Virus record (IMG/VR): IMGVR_UViG_3300048838_000238
Location: 41,997-105,996 of that record
DNA from: a virus
Length of the DNA stretch: 64,000 nucleotides
Reading direction: 5' to 3' (one strand)
Below, piece after piece: positions 1-10,609 of this stretch (position 1 is its first letter; every line of letters starts with the position of its first letter). The position numbers and the translations under genes are program-made. Below the pieces are notes generated by a model that worked only from the letters and a program-made list of their open reading frames with translations, was not told the DNA's origin and did no database searches.

Positions 1-833
1 TTAACGAATACTAACGACCCCAGGATGTCGGCGTCAAACCGCACCGTTCCATAGTAGATTCCGCCATCACGAATCCAGAGACCTCGCGAGTCCTGCGGGT
101 TATTGATGTCAAACTCTCGTGTCTGGGCGCCGTAGTTGTTGAAGTGCGGAAGAATTCGATTATCAATATCCGACTCAGAAATTCCACCAAACCGGCCCTC
201 AGAACCGGTCCAGCGTCCGTAACCAATGACCGACGAACCGCTGGGCATCTCCAACGCAGGGTAAGGCTCGTTTCGATTCGTCGTATGCAGCAAGATTATG
301 TTCGGATCTTTCTGCTGACGAGCGCGAACAGATTGAGCGGCGTGACTACGAGGACCGCCCTGAGTCGCCGCCGCATACTTCACAGGAGACGAAATATAAG
401 ACGAGTTGTGCGACAAGCCGTCCGCCGTTCCTACCCACTTGCACTTGTGCCTGTAAAAGGCGTCGGTGAAGTAGTTGATCGGTCCTGGTCCGGTGTTGCC
501 GGTCGTGCTACTGGTCGCCGCCAAGCACAGCGGGTGCATGGTCGCCAGTCCGCGTTTACCTGGCGCGACCGCGCCTAGTCCGTTAAACGCCAACAGCGCC
601 GGATTCTGCAACTCCTGACCATAGACATTAGGCACGGTCCCGTACCAAACTGGCTTCGATCCGTCCATGAAGAACGACTTTGGATCTTCGGTATCGTCGA
701 TCGTGAACGGCTTGAGTTGGATCATGCCGAGCGCGGGGCAGGTTTCGGCGCTCTCGTTCTGCCAATCGAACCAGCGCTGCGTCTGGAACCAGTCTTGGAA
801 GCTCGTCGCGCGCGGCGTTAATGGACTGCTCAT
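1..833 (-). CDS. Putative tail/virion protein, partial (runs off the left edge)
   Basis: Manually translated frame MSSPLTPRATSFQDWFQTQRWFDWQNESAETCPALG... is open from ATG 833 to the window edge. ATGA overlap with the stop of 830..2539. Absent from the ORF track because it has no stop in the window. Confidence 0.7.
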   Translation of the reverse strand, partial: MSSPLTPRATSFQDWFQTQRWFDWQNESAETCPALGMIQLKPFTIDDTEDPKSFFMDGSKPVWYGTVPNVYGQELQNPALLAFNGLGAVAPGKRGLATMHPLCLAATSSTTGNTGPGPINYFTDAFYRHKCKWVGTADGLSHNSSYISSPVKYAAATQGGPRSHAAQSVRARQQKDPNIILLHTTNRNEPYPALEMPSGSSVIGYGRWTGSEGRFGGISESDIDNRILPHFNNYGAQTREFDINNPQDSRGLWIRDGGIYYGTVRFDADILGSLVFV

Positions 834-2539
834 GCCGTCCCCGGCTTCTTGGGTGCGGTGCGATTGGCGGAATCTTTCTTGAGCAGTTCCGCGACTTCCG
901 CTTGCTGCTTGCGCTCTTCGTAAGTGAGCGACATGAACGCTTGTTCGCGGTTGCGGCTGATCTGCGTTCTTGCATAGCCTTGTCCGTCGATCGTCCAAGT
1001 GATTTGATGCAACGCGCCGTCGAGGGTGATGTAGCGGAAACCGGCATAGCCACGCGCGCCTGGTCCGGTCATTTGAAACGACCGCAAGAGTTGGTCGATG
1101 TAGTACAGGGCTTGCTGCTTGACTTCGGTCTTATTGTCGATCGTTTTCGAGGGACCGGCCGCCGACTTCTGTACCCAAATCTTCCGCTGGATATCGTTTC
1201 TCTCGATGTAGAACGGCTTGGTGCCGAGCTTCTGACCGGGCGGTGTGAACTCGACAAGTTCGCGCTTTACCGCGCCGGTCTTCTCGTCTTTGATATGCAC
1301 GCCAGTTACCAGCCACAGTTTGGGCGGACGAACGTCTTGAGACGTGGAGTCGACCGCGCGGTCCGAATCGATGATCCCAGCCGAGTCGCCGAACAAAAAC
1401 AGCGGCTCGTCGGTCATCACAATGCCGCGATCCTTGTCAATCGAAAAGCTGCCCTCGTACTTGGCTAGCCTTCCGTGCGGAGTATCGGCGGTCTTCTCGG
1501 GATCAAGCTTCAAGTCGCCTGGGAAAAACAGCCCCCACAACTCCGCCGGCATCGGCTCTTGGACTTCTTTCTTCGGCTCGAACTTCTTGATCTTCGACTT
1601 GGCGACCCGCTCGTCCGTGAGCGGCAAGATGCGGTCGATGTCGTCCTCTTTGATCTTCTCCGGTTTCCCGTCTGCGGTAATGTCGATCGGCAGCTTCACG
1701 CGGAACCATCGCCACACGCACTTTTGCGCCTGCTTGCGGTCTTCAGGCTTGACGACCTCGGGGAAGTCCGGCGGCATGGACGTCTTCCATCCGCCTTGCG
1801 GCTTGAAGCTCAAGTCGTCGACTAGATCAATTTCGCCTTCGGTGTCCGCGCCCACCGCTTCTAATTCGAGCCACTCCTCATAGACCGTTGGCCCCGCGCG
1901 GAAGATGATCTTATCCGGCATTTCTGGCGGATTGATCGACAGCGAATCGGACTCCACGTCAAAGCCCATCGGCAGTTGCTGCCCTTCGCCGGACTTGGCT
2001 ATCAAGATGCCATCCGACTGAGGGTCGTAAATCACTCGGCAGCCGAGACCGTCGACTAGCTCTTGCAGCGCGCGTGAAGGATTGCCGTTCCACTTCACGT
2101 AGGGCAGCGAATCGTTCGGCAGCTTCGAGACGTCGAACTTCTTCTCGCCCATTTCCTTCAGACAGAGTTCCGCGAGTTCGCGCGGCTTCTTCTTGGTCTT
2201 CTCGCGGACCTTATTGTCGGCGGATTCGCGGATGTTGTACTCGCCTTCGATCCAGCCGTAATCGCGCCACTTCCAGCGTCGATCCAAGATTGTCAAGGCC
2301 ATGAACTGGCGGCCGTCGGTGCCGGTTTCAAACGCTACCGAATCGAGCAAGCAGTCGCGCAGCGTAATCGCGTTGCCGCCGTAGATCACTCGAAGATTCG
2401 ACCGCATCGGATAGGGGCCGGGCTGTGGCGCGCAGTAGATCACGTTCGCGCCGGGAGTCACGCCATGCGACACGGATACCGCGCCGTGCATGACGTAGCG
2501 GAAGCCACCAAACTCGAATAGTCCTTGCGGATCGGCCAA
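830..2539 (-). CDS. Putative tail tip/hub structural protein
   Basis: 569-aa ORF in the tail module downstream of the tape measure gene; function from position only. Confidence 0.55.
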   Translation of the reverse strand: MADPQGLFEFGGFRYVMHGAVSVSHGVTPGANVIYCAPQPGPYPMRSNLRVIYGGNAITLRDCLLDSVAFETGTDGRQFMALTILDRRWKWRDYGWIEGEYNIRESADNKVREKTKKKPRELAELCLKEMGEKKFDVSKLPNDSLPYVKWNGNPSRALQELVDGLGCRVIYDPQSDGILIAKSGEGQQLPMGFDVESDSLSINPPEMPDKIIFRAGPTVYEEWLELEAVGADTEGEIDLVDDLSFKPQGGWKTSMPPDFPEVVKPEDRKQAQKCVWRWFRVKLPIDITADGKPEKIKEDDIDRILPLTDERVAKSKIKKFEPKKEVQEPMPAELWGLFFPGDLKLDPEKTADTPHGRLAKYEGSFSIDKDRGIVMTDEPLFLFGDSAGIIDSDRAVDSTSQDVRPPKLWLVTGVHIKDEKTGAVKRELVEFTPPGQKLGTKPFYIERNDIQRKIWVQKSAAGPSKTIDNKTEVKQQALYYIDQLLRSFQMTGPGARGYAGFRYITLDGALHQITWTIDGQGYARTQISRNREQAFMSLTYEERKQQAEVAELLKKDSANRTAPKKPGTA

Positions 2540-2582
2540 GACACCCTCCTTGCTATCCTGCTACCTGCAATCCAGATTTCTT

Positions 2583-5500
2583 CTAGCCGCGAACGTGACG
2601 CTTGTTCGCGCCACCCAGCACGCCGAACCGCGTCGTGTTGTACCACTGGATCGCGAACTCTCCGTCTTCCTGGGTCAGCGTCGTAATGCGATCCTGCAAG
2701 TCGATGATTTCCACCGAGTCGCCGTAGGCCACGATCGGCGCGGACACCAATCGCTCTGCGATTTGAGTGGTGAAGTCAAGCTGCGCGGCGCGTGCAAGTT
2801 GCACCGATCCGACTCGCCCCCACGTCCCCGCCGATGAGTAGGCGGTGTACCCGGTGGAGTCCAAACCGATCAGTTGGAACGAGTAATCGTCCACAACCTG
2901 AATCGTGAATTCGCGCTGATTGACCTCCAGCATTCCAGCGACTTCGGCGATGCGGATACTGTGACCGTTTGACAATCCGTGCGGCACGAAGGCCCGCGCC
3001 GAATCGCCTACCGGATCAGTCGAGACAGTTCCGCCGTTGCGCCGCGCCCGGACGAAGTACAGATCGGCGGAGCTGTTGACTGATGTTTTCTTCCAATCCA
3101 GACCAGGTGCTGTCCAAGTGACATCGTACGAAGACGTGCCGGCCTTGAAGGCGGTGGTCCCATCCGAGATCCCCGCCAGCGCCACCCACTCGTCTCCGTC
3201 CCAGTATTCCCACGTCACGGTATAAGTGCCTGCGCCAGCCGTGCCTAAGTCGATAGCCAGCTTGCCGAATCGCTGTGCAAGGCCGAAGTAACAGGCATCG
3301 TCCGCGCCGACGCCAGCCGGGAAGATATCCCAGTCTCCAGTGCCAGCGTCGTTCGCGTCCGTCGTTTCGGTGACAAACGATTCGCCGCTGCTGTCCTCTT
3401 GCAGCACGATCGCGAGTTGGCTGGAGTAGCTTGTGACCACCGCCGGGCTGGCCTGAGTAATGCCCGAGATCGACCCGTATTGACCAAGTATTCCGGTCGT
3501 TTGCGCGAAGATCACGCCCGCCGTCGCGTCGATCGTGGTTACTTCCTTTGTGCCTTTCAGTAGCGTATCGCCGCCGTGGTTGTTCAGGGTGCCGAGACTG
3601 GCCGCGCAGATCAGCGCCCCGCCAGTCTTGTAGACCTCGTCAATTTCCGCATCGGCTCCGACCGTGACTTCCGCATCGGAACTGACGCTGCTTTGATAAC
3701 TCATCCACAGTTGCGAGACCGTGGCTACCTGCCCGTAGAAGTAGCCGAGACCGAGTTTGCCGCGCTGAATGCGAATGACGTTATCGGGGTGAGTGCCGCG
3801 CCAGTTAATGGCCGGCACGGAGCCGTCAACCGATGTCGAACTGGTATACACGTCGATCACGGTTTCGCGCTTGCCAGTATTGATCCTCGTCAAGCCCGAT
3901 CCAGACCCGCTACCTTCGCCGATTTCGATGATGAGCTGACCATCGTCCGCGCCGTCGCCGAGAACCAACTCGGTCGGTCGGTATTCGTAGTACAGTCCGG
4001 TATGCTGCTTGAGCCCGACCTCCCCGGTGTAGGTTGACTTTTGGATGTACTTCGCTGGCGGCGCTGCCGAGAAGTCGATGCCGTAGAGCAGCGACACGGT
4101 GGAGTTTTCCAGAAGCATCGTTTCGCCGGTTGTCGGGGCGTGACCGAGCGTCCAGTTTGCGGCTTCAGTGCCCCAGTTCGGACCTGTCGGCGACTGGGAA
4201 GTAGTCTGCGTGATTTCAGAAGCGCTCGCGCCGGTCAGCAATTCTCCATCGCCGGTGATGGCTTCGACGTTCGTCGCGGCAAGCGCCGATCCGAACGTGA
4301 CCACCACGGGCAAAGTCGGCAGCGGACCTCCCGTGCAAGTCACGTCGCCAGCGCCGATATTGCTCAAGGCTTCCAAGGCTGAATCGACAGCGGCGGCCGT
4401 GGCGTTGTAGGCGATCACGGAAGTGGTCTGTCCTGAATACGACAGCGTGAACGTGCCAGCATCTGGCGTTTTGTCGAAGGCAATCGATTGGATTTCATTG
4501 ACCGGCGCGATACCGCCTTGAAGAGTCGAGACTGCCACGGTAGCGCCGGTGAGATTACTGCCATCTCCGGTCATCAGAACTACGTCGGTCAGCGCATAAG
4601 CGCCGGTGAACTCGACCAGCCAAGGCCCGCCGTTCGGACCTGTTACTGAGATGTCTCCTGGGACCGGTGTGGTGAGCGCCTCCAAGGCGAGTTGCACGTC
4701 CACCGCTGCCGCATCGAAAGCGATCGCGGCGGTTGTTTCGGAGTCAAAGGTGAGCGTAAACGTCCCGGCTTCAGGAGTTCCGTCGAAGCTCACTTGCTGG
4801 ATTTCATTTTGTCCTTTGGAGTAAATGAAGAACGCTCCCGCGCTTGCGACAGAGTTCGCGCCGCTCTCGTCGTAGTCCTGAGCCGGCGCGCCAATCGCTA
4901 CCACGGTCCCTGTGATTGCCACAGATAGTCCGAACTGGTCTCCAGCAACCCTTCCATTTGTGCCGCTGCCGACCAACTTATCGGCGAGACTCCAAGTCGT
5001 GCCACTGCGAGTGAAAGTGTACGCCGCTCCGGCGCCGCTCAGCAGGTTTGCCCCGGCAGCATCATAATCCTGGCCGAACGCTCCGACGATCGCCATGTCT
5101 CCTTCTACGGCCACTGAAATCCCAAAAACGTCCGCAGCGAGCCTACCATTCGTGCCGCTGCCAACGAGTTTTTGTTCGAGCGCCCAAGTCGATCCTGTTC
5201 TCAGGTACACGTATGCCGCGCCTGCTTCAGTCAGGGCATTAGCGCCTGCTTCGTCATATTGCTGCCGAGGGGCACCGACGATAGCCGTGTCGCCATCGAT
5301 CGCTACGCTTTCTCCGAACCTATCCCCTGCCACACGTCCGTTCGTGCCGCTGCCGACGATCTTTTGCTGAAGCGCCCAAGTCGAGCCGGTACGAAGATAC
5401 ACATAGGCAGCGCCAGCGTTACTGGCAAGATTAGCGCCGGAGGCGTCATAATCCTGGAATGGTGCCCCGACGATGATGGTGTCGCCTGAGATCGCTACTC

Positions 5501-7091
5501 TAAATCCGAAAACGTCTCCAGCGATCCGTCCGTTCGTGCCGCTGCCGACCAGTTTTTGTTGCAGCGTCCACGTCGATCCGGTGCGAGTAAATACAAAAGC
5601 CGCGCCGGCATCCGTCAAGGCGGTCGCGCCGGATGCGTCATAGTCCTGCCTTTGCGCGCCGACCACAATCGTGTCGCCAGAGATCGCCACCGACCACCCA
5701 AAGAAGTCGCCGCTCTGACGCCCGTTGGTGCCACTTCCTACGAGCTTTTGCTGCTTGGTCCATGTCGCTCCGCTGCGAGTGAATACATACACAGCCCCCG
5801 CATTGGCGAGAGAATCTTCGCCATCGGCGTCTAAATCTCCGTTGTACGCGCCAACGACCGCCGTGTCGCCGTCCACAGCGACCGCGAATCCGAAAGAATC
5901 GCTCGATTCGTCACTAACAAGTCGGTCCTGGTAAGCCCATGTCGATCCCTTTAAGAACACCACCGCCTCGTTGTCACCTCCAGCGACCGCAGTGTCGTCG
6001 TCAATGTCGACGCCCGTGCCAAGTTGATCAGAGGCAGTCCTGTGCGGCGACGGCGCTACCAGCTTTTGTAAGTACCCAAGAGGCAGCGCTTCTTGAGTAG
6101 TCTCGATCTCAACGTCATATCCGCCGACGGTTAGACTTGCGCCGTCTCCGGTCATGGCCGCGACATTGGTTTCGGCCAACGCTTCCACAAACTCAACTGT
6201 CCAAGGTCCGCCGTCGGAGCCGGTGACTGTCACGTCAGACGCTACGCCGGCCGTCGTCGTACTGGGAACGACCGTTCCGCCTGTCGCATTGGAGTTATCG
6301 ACCGTGACTTGCGTGCGGTTGGCGCGACCGAGGGACTTCTTGAAGGTGATTGTGATGGGGGTCGTATTTAGCGGTCCTCCGGCGCAGACGGCCTCATCGA
6401 CTCCGATATTGCTCAGCGCTTCGAGTGCTGTTTCAAGGTTAGCGGCCGTCACATCGAAGGCGATCGTCGCGGCGGTCTGCCCCTCAAACGTCAAGTCAAA
6501 TGTTCCTCCGGACGCGGTAGACGTCAGCGTCTGAACTTCGTTTGTGCCAGCGATATTCGATAGATCACACAGCGCATCGCGAACATCGTAGGCAGTAGCG
6601 TCATAGGCGATGGCCGCTGTGACCTGTCCGTCGAATGTCAGTGCGAACGTGCCGCCTACCGCATCTGTATCCACGTCGATGTACTGAATCTCATTCTGCC
6701 CGGCCACGCCTTGCTGAGTGACTGTGACGACGACAGTCGCGACGATCGCATTGGACAGAGTCGCCGTGAAGGGTTTGCCGTCGTCCGGCCCGGTCAAAAG
6801 AATCGCCTCGATACCGTCGTCCCCGTCGTCGGATTCGTAGGTCATCTCGTTGAATTCGGCGATGTCTTCCGCGCCAGCGACCAGCGCCGCCAGCAGATTC
6901 GTCATGGCGACTTGGTCGGTTGTCAGACTGGGCGCCGCGTCGATGTCGTCCTGCGTCAGCGTATAGGTGACGTCCTTGCGGTTGACGGTCGCGGTCCAGG
7001 TTTCGCCGACTTCCGCATCGACGATTACCCAGCGTTCGATTTGAGCCTTGGCCTGCGCGTCGCCGCGAAAACTGTTAATTACTTCGGGCAT
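2583..7091 (-). CDS. Large mosaic tail protein/adhesin with FG-GAP beta-propeller, four NE(I/V)Q modules and an FCCH-like domain
   Basis: 1502 aa. About six GDxFGxSVAIxGDTxIVGA...AGAAYVF repeats, four NE[IV]Q...GTFxLxF...I[AP][YF][DN]A modules, and an ITQASPAVVT...HGLSNG motif. Confidence 0.75.
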   Translation of the reverse strand: MPEVINSFRGDAQAKAQIERWVIVDAEVGETWTATVNRKDVTYTLTQDDIDAAPSLTTDQVAMTNLLAALVAGAEDIAEFNEMTYESDDGDDGIEAILLTGPDDGKPFTATLSNAIVATVVVTVTQQGVAGQNEIQYIDVDTDAVGGTFALTFDGQVTAAIAYDATAYDVRDALCDLSNIAGTNEVQTLTSTASGGTFDLTFEGQTAATIAFDVTAANLETALEALSNIGVDEAVCAGGPLNTTPITITFKKSLGRANRTQVTVDNSNATGGTVVPSTTTAGVASDVTVTGSDGGPWTVEFVEALAETNVAAMTGDGASLTVGGYDVEIETTQEALPLGYLQKLVAPSPHRTASDQLGTGVDIDDDTAVAGGDNEAVVFLKGSTWAYQDRLVSDESSDSFGFAVAVDGDTAVVGAYNGDLDADGEDSLANAGAVYVFTRSGATWTKQQKLVGSGTNGRQSGDFFGWSVAISGDTIVVGAQRQDYDASGATALTDAGAAFVFTRTGSTWTLQQKLVGSGTNGRIAGDVFGFRVAISGDTIIVGAPFQDYDASGANLASNAGAAYVYLRTGSTWALQQKIVGSGTNGRVAGDRFGESVAIDGDTAIVGAPRQQYDEAGANALTEAGAAYVYLRTGSTWALEQKLVGSGTNGRLAADVFGISVAVEGDMAIVGAFGQDYDAAGANLLSGAGAAYTFTRSGTTWSLADKLVGSGTNGRVAGDQFGLSVAITGTVVAIGAPAQDYDESGANSVASAGAFFIYSKGQNEIQQVSFDGTPEAGTFTLTFDSETTAAIAFDAAAVDVQLALEALTTPVPGDISVTGPNGGPWLVEFTGAYALTDVVLMTGDGSNLTGATVAVSTLQGGIAPVNEIQSIAFDKTPDAGTFTLSYSGQTTSVIAYNATAAAVDSALEALSNIGAGDVTCTGGPLPTLPVVVTFGSALAATNVEAITGDGELLTGASASEITQTTSQSPTGPNWGTEAANWTLGHAPTTGETMLLENSTVSLLYGIDFSAAPPAKYIQKSTYTGEVGLKQHTGLYYEYRPTELVLGDGADDGQLIIEIGEGSGSGSGLTRINTGKRETVIDVYTSSTSVDGSVPAINWRGTHPDNVIRIQRGKLGLGYFYGQVATVSQLWMSYQSSVSSDAEVTVGADAEIDEVYKTGGALICAASLGTLNNHGGDTLLKGTKEVTTIDATAGVIFAQTTGILGQYGSISGITQASPAVVTSYSSQLAIVLQEDSSGESFVTETTDANDAGTGDWDIFPAGVGADDACYFGLAQRFGKLAIDLGTAGAGTYTVTWEYWDGDEWVALAGISDGTTAFKAGTSSYDVTWTAPGLDWKKTSVNSSADLYFVRARRNGGTVSTDPVGDSARAFVPHGLSNGHSIRIAEVAGMLEVNQREFTIQVVDDYSFQLIGLDSTGYTAYSSAGTWGRVGSVQLARAAQLDFTTQIAERLVSAPIVAYGDSVEIIDLQDRITTLTQEDGEFAIQWYNTTRFGVLGGANKRHVRG

Positions 7092-7127
7092 CCGTGCCGC
7101 TCCGTCGATGATTCTGAGTGGTGAAAC

Positions 7128-7146
7128 CTATATCCCTAAGATATAG
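7128..7146. promoter_or_regulatory. Palindromic operator-like site CTATATC-N5-GATATAG (perfect copy)
   Basis: CTATATC CCTAA GATATAG, intergenic, upstream of 2583..7091; one of at least 16 copies. Confidence 0.7.
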
Positions 7147-7197
7147 CAAGACGAGGCTCGTGTGCGGCGGCTGGACGTGTCTAACTAGCGGTCCAGA

Positions 7198-7971
7198 TCA
7201 CGGGTAGTTGTACCCCAGCCGGTGCGCTCTGCCATACAGCGAGGAACTGCTGACGTAGTTGTAGGTCCAGGAAATCGGCCAATCGACCCACGCCTGCTTG
7301 CCGTCGCTCGCGACCAGTCTGGGTGTCCCCTCGGTAACGAGCGGCACGGAACTGGCGAGCTTACTGGGCCAGATCGGCGGCGGGATGGGCGGATATCCAT
7401 AGAGCCCGACCGCCGATCCCTGCTGGACGGCGCGTACGGCAGTGTATTGACGAAGAGTCTGTTCGACCGCTGGTCCGGTCAGCACGTCGATCGCGCCCCG
7501 CTGCCTGCCAGCTTCCGGCCATTGCACGGTTTCCTGGAACGATTTGACCAGATTTGCCAGCGACAGCGAGCCCGCTGCGTAGGGTATAGTTGCCTTGGCG
7601 ACGATCTGGCTCTGGCAATTCGTAACCAGCGACGCGCGACCTGGATCCGGAAAGTGCGGCGGCGAGATGATTTGCACCCCAGCTAGGGTATCGACCGTCT
7701 TTAGAGTCAAGTGCGTTTCGGTGCCGTTGGGGTGGCAGAAGATCAGATCGCGACCGCTGACCGAGTAGGCTGCTTGCAGAGCCGCCATTTGTGCTTTGAT
7801 ATCGGCCCGCCGTAACGCTTCGGTTGCCTTATGCGAGATTAGCCAGACCGTGATATTCCACGTTTCTTCTTCGGCCCACGCGGTGCCAGCATCCGTCAGC
7901 AGGGCTTGCCTCTGTGTGGTGACTCGCGTCGTGCCGACCGGGTGCGTGAAATTGCCGTATTTCAGGATCAT
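7198..7971 (-). CDS. Putative distal-tail-like structural protein
   Basis: 257-aa ORF in the tail module; palindrome copy at 7979..7997 directly upstream. Confidence 0.5.
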   Translation of the reverse strand: MILKYGNFTHPVGTTRVTTQRQALLTDAGTAWAEEETWNITVWLISHKATEALRRADIKAQMAALQAAYSVSGRDLIFCHPNGTETHLTLKTVDTLAGVQIISPPHFPDPGRASLVTNCQSQIVAKATIPYAAGSLSLANLVKSFQETVQWPEAGRQRGAIDVLTGPAVEQTLRQYTAVRAVQQGSAVGLYGYPPIPPPIWPSKLASSVPLVTEGTPRLVASDGKQAWVDWPISWTYNYVSSSSLYGRAHRLGYNYP

Positions 7972-8019
7972 GACGCGATTATATCAGATCGCTATAGCCT
8001 GCCGATGGCGCGGAAGCGG

Positions 8020-9750
8020 TCACGCGACGTGTCCAATCCTCAGTAGATTCGACGGCTCGATCCGATTAGACAGCCGAAACACTTCGGCGACGTAAGCCAC
8101 GTCTTCGGGGTCTGGCTGGAGTTCTCGAACAGCCTCTTCAGCCGTGCGAATCCAACCAAGCAGTTTGCCGGCCTGGACGTTGATCGCCAAGATAACTCGC
8201 TTTGCCACGCGGATGTGTAAATTTCCGTTCTGGTATGCCTTGGCGTCCATCAGCGGCTCGCCGTCCTGGAGACATAGTTCGTTTTTCTTGCCAGACGTCC
8301 AGCGGTAGTTAGCTGGGCTGTCCATACAGGCAAACCCGAGATTGTTGGCGACGGTCACGAAGTCCGAAAGGAACTCTATCGACCGCCGCGACAGACCGTT
8401 TACAGCATCGAAGGAATACTGGCTGGTATTGATCCCTCCGAACCCCTCAATAACGAGCCGGTAGTCGATCTTGTATTGAGTCTCGTCTTCGTGGAGGTAT
8501 CGCCAATTTCCCTTGGTGAACACCTTGTCGTTGCTCTTGTAGCGGTGGACGTTGGCGTGTTGCGCGAGTGACTTAAACAGTTCAACGAGCTGGTCGTCAA
8601 AATGATCACTAGCCCACTTGGAAATCCATATCAGCATCGACCGGACATTGCCTTCCGTGAAGTCTACGACAGTTTTGTTTCTGAGCGATTCGAGGAACGC
8701 ATTGCGTTGCTTAGTGGCAAGCCTCTTGGTGATGTCTTCTAAGTGCTCAAACAGGACTTGCCAGTATTTGTTCTTGAGACCGACGATCTTTGACCGCAGG
8801 CCGTCCAGGATGGCTTTTTTCGTGACGCCCAGTTCCTTTAGTAGCAACGGGTTGATTTTGACCACCTTCCGGTAAGTCTCGTACATCTCTGTCAACTCGG
8901 TATCGTAGGCATGGACAAGCGATTCGATGATATTGCCACCCTTAGCGACTTGCCGCAGCCAATCCTTATCCTCTTCGCACTCGTCGTCGATCTTACAATC
9001 GAACTTATCCAGTTCTGGAAGCATCTCTTCAATAGCTGAATTGAATGCCGAGTCTTTGTCGCGGTCTCCCATATCGAAGAGAACGATCTCGACCTTGGCC
9101 CGTGCTCGCCGATCGGCAGTCTCAAAGTCGAACTTGCCCAGCGACTTTGGCTTTAGTTCGAACTGGTCGATCAACTCTTGAATCTTCTGGCTGTCGCGCC
9201 AGCGTCGCGGAATGACCAAGTACACCGACTTGGCGGCGCACTCGCGCAGGATGCGATACGCCCATTCCTCGTACTCGCTGTAGGGCGGATTGCAGAAGAC
9301 GATATCGACCTGTTTGTCGACCAGCGTTTGCTCGTGGAACTCAGTGCCGATCACGACTATATGCTTTGGCATGTTCGCCAAATGGATCATCGATTTTTCA
9401 ACGGCGAACTGATCCAGTGTGATCGTGTTCCGTGAATGCTCGCCCTCGTCACTCAGCATCTCTTGCAGCTTGACCAGCGCCCGGCCGTCGCCAGCCCCGA
9501 TGTCGAGGATATCTAGCGACCCGTGACGACGATAGGCACGATCGGCTTCTCGCCGGATACTCTTGGCGATGACAGCAAGGATCTCATCGGTCGTGGGATA
9601 AAAAGCGTAATCTTCTCCGTTGGCCTTCAGTTCGTCAACTCTGCGACGCGTTGCTGGCCGAGTGAATATCCGCACCGGTTTGCGTGTTGTCCTCAGATTT
9701 ACTGGCGAGGCCAGTTTCGCAGTCGTGCGTGGATGTGGTGTTGCATTCAC
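8020..9750 (-). CDS. Class I SAM-dependent DNA amino-methyltransferase, DUF4942-like
   Basis: FYPT, ILDIGAGDG (motif I) and FCNPPY (motif IV), long helical C-terminus ending KAYQNGNLHI; exact start uncertain. Confidence 0.75.
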   Translation of the reverse strand: MNATPHPRTTAKLASPVNLRTTRKPVRIFTRPATRRRVDELKANGEDYAFYPTTDEILAVIAKSIRREADRAYRRHGSLDILDIGAGDGRALVKLQEMLSDEGEHSRNTITLDQFAVEKSMIHLANMPKHIVVIGTEFHEQTLVDKQVDIVFCNPPYSEYEEWAYRILRECAAKSVYLVIPRRWRDSQKIQELIDQFELKPKSLGKFDFETADRRARAKVEIVLFDMGDRDKDSAFNSAIEEMLPELDKFDCKIDDECEEDKDWLRQVAKGGNIIESLVHAYDTELTEMYETYRKVVKINPLLLKELGVTKKAILDGLRSKIVGLKNKYWQVLFEHLEDITKRLATKQRNAFLESLRNKTVVDFTEGNVRSMLIWISKWASDHFDDQLVELFKSLAQHANVHRYKSNDKVFTKGNWRYLHEDETQYKIDYRLVIEGFGGINTSQYSFDAVNGLSRRSIEFLSDFVTVANNLGFACMDSPANYRWTSGKKNELCLQDGEPLMDAKAYQNGNLHIRVAKRVILAINVQAGKLLGWIRTAEEAVRELQPDPEDVAYVAEVFRLSNRIEPSNLLRIGHVA

Positions 9751-10262
9751 TGTAACTCTCCTCTGTCGGCCTCTGTGGCCGCTATGTTGTAGGCGTTACT
9801 TGCTTCGTCGATTGTGTAGAAGGTTCCAAGGAACTGTGTCTTGCCATTGACGTACAGGTTCGCCATGTACGGTTTTTTGTTTCTTAATGTGCGAGATACG
9901 CCAGTGGGTAGGCCGCTGGACTTTCCTCTGATGCGATAGCCCTCCGCTATGTTCTTTCTCTGTGAGATGATACGGAGGTTGGATAAACGATCGTCTGTGC
10001 AGTCGTTGTTTATATGGTCAACAACTTTGTCGTACCCTGCTGGTGAGTAACCTAGAAATGCCATCGCCACGAAGACGGCGACAGGCTGTTTTGTTGCCCT
10101 TCCTAGCGAAACATATCGCCGGTTATTCTTGCTGTTGACGTGAGGCGTCAGCATCACACCCTTGCGTTTCCTGCCATCCGCAAGCACGCGATCGATGCTT
10201 CGCACATGTCCGTTATCGGATGCTTCGTAGCCGTGGAATCCTGGTATCAGTCTCCATCTCAT
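9747..10262 (-). CDS. NUMOD4-HNH-AP2-like homing endonuclease
   Basis: WRLIPGFHGYEASDNGHVRS (NUMOD4), VDHINNDCTDDRLSNL (HNH), FLGTFYTIDEASNAYN (AP2-like); locally AT-rich. Confidence 0.85.
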   Translation of the reverse strand: MRWRLIPGFHGYEASDNGHVRSIDRVLADGRKRKGVMLTPHVNSKNNRRYVSLGRATKQPVAVFVAMAFLGYSPAGYDKVVDHINNDCTDDRLSNLRIISQRKNIAEGYRIRGKSSGLPTGVSRTLRNKKPYMANLYVNGKTQFLGTFYTIDEASNAYNIAATEADRGELQ

Positions 10263-10354
10263 CACGATGAACCTCTTAGAAGAAGTCCGCTTCAATGCAG
10301 GCGGATGGTCTGTTTGTAAACGTGACCCAATACGGCATCATGGCAATATCCCTT

Positions 10355-10609
10355 TCAGGAAGTGGCAGATAGTTCAACAGAAACTTCAGCAACTGGATGA
10401 TTCTCCGGCAATCCGTGCTGAGCGCAGAAGCTCAGCCACAACTTGTATCCGTGGAGATTGATGAACTCGATCCGCGTGAGTGCGCGGAGTAATTCGAGCT
10501 GCTGAATGACTAGCTTGCGGCGACGATCGAAGATCAGGTACGACGGGGTGCCGCTGCGAAGCGAACATTCCTTCATCAGTTCGGCGAGTTGCTTTTCAAG
10601 TTCTTCCAT
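10355..10609 (-). CDS. Hypothetical protein
   Basis: 84 aa, GAGGA RBS, palindrome at 10631..10649 upstream. Confidence 0.55.
   Translation of the reverse strand: MEELEKQLAELMKECSLRSGTPSYLIFDRRRKLVIQQLELLRALTRIEFINLHGYKLWLSFCAQHGLPENHPVAEVSVELSATS

Noticed and set aside
4820-5800. Nucleotide repeats in the large tail gene as DGR template/variable repeats
   Set aside because: They are FG-GAP blade repeats within one ORF, and no reverse transcriptase is present in the window
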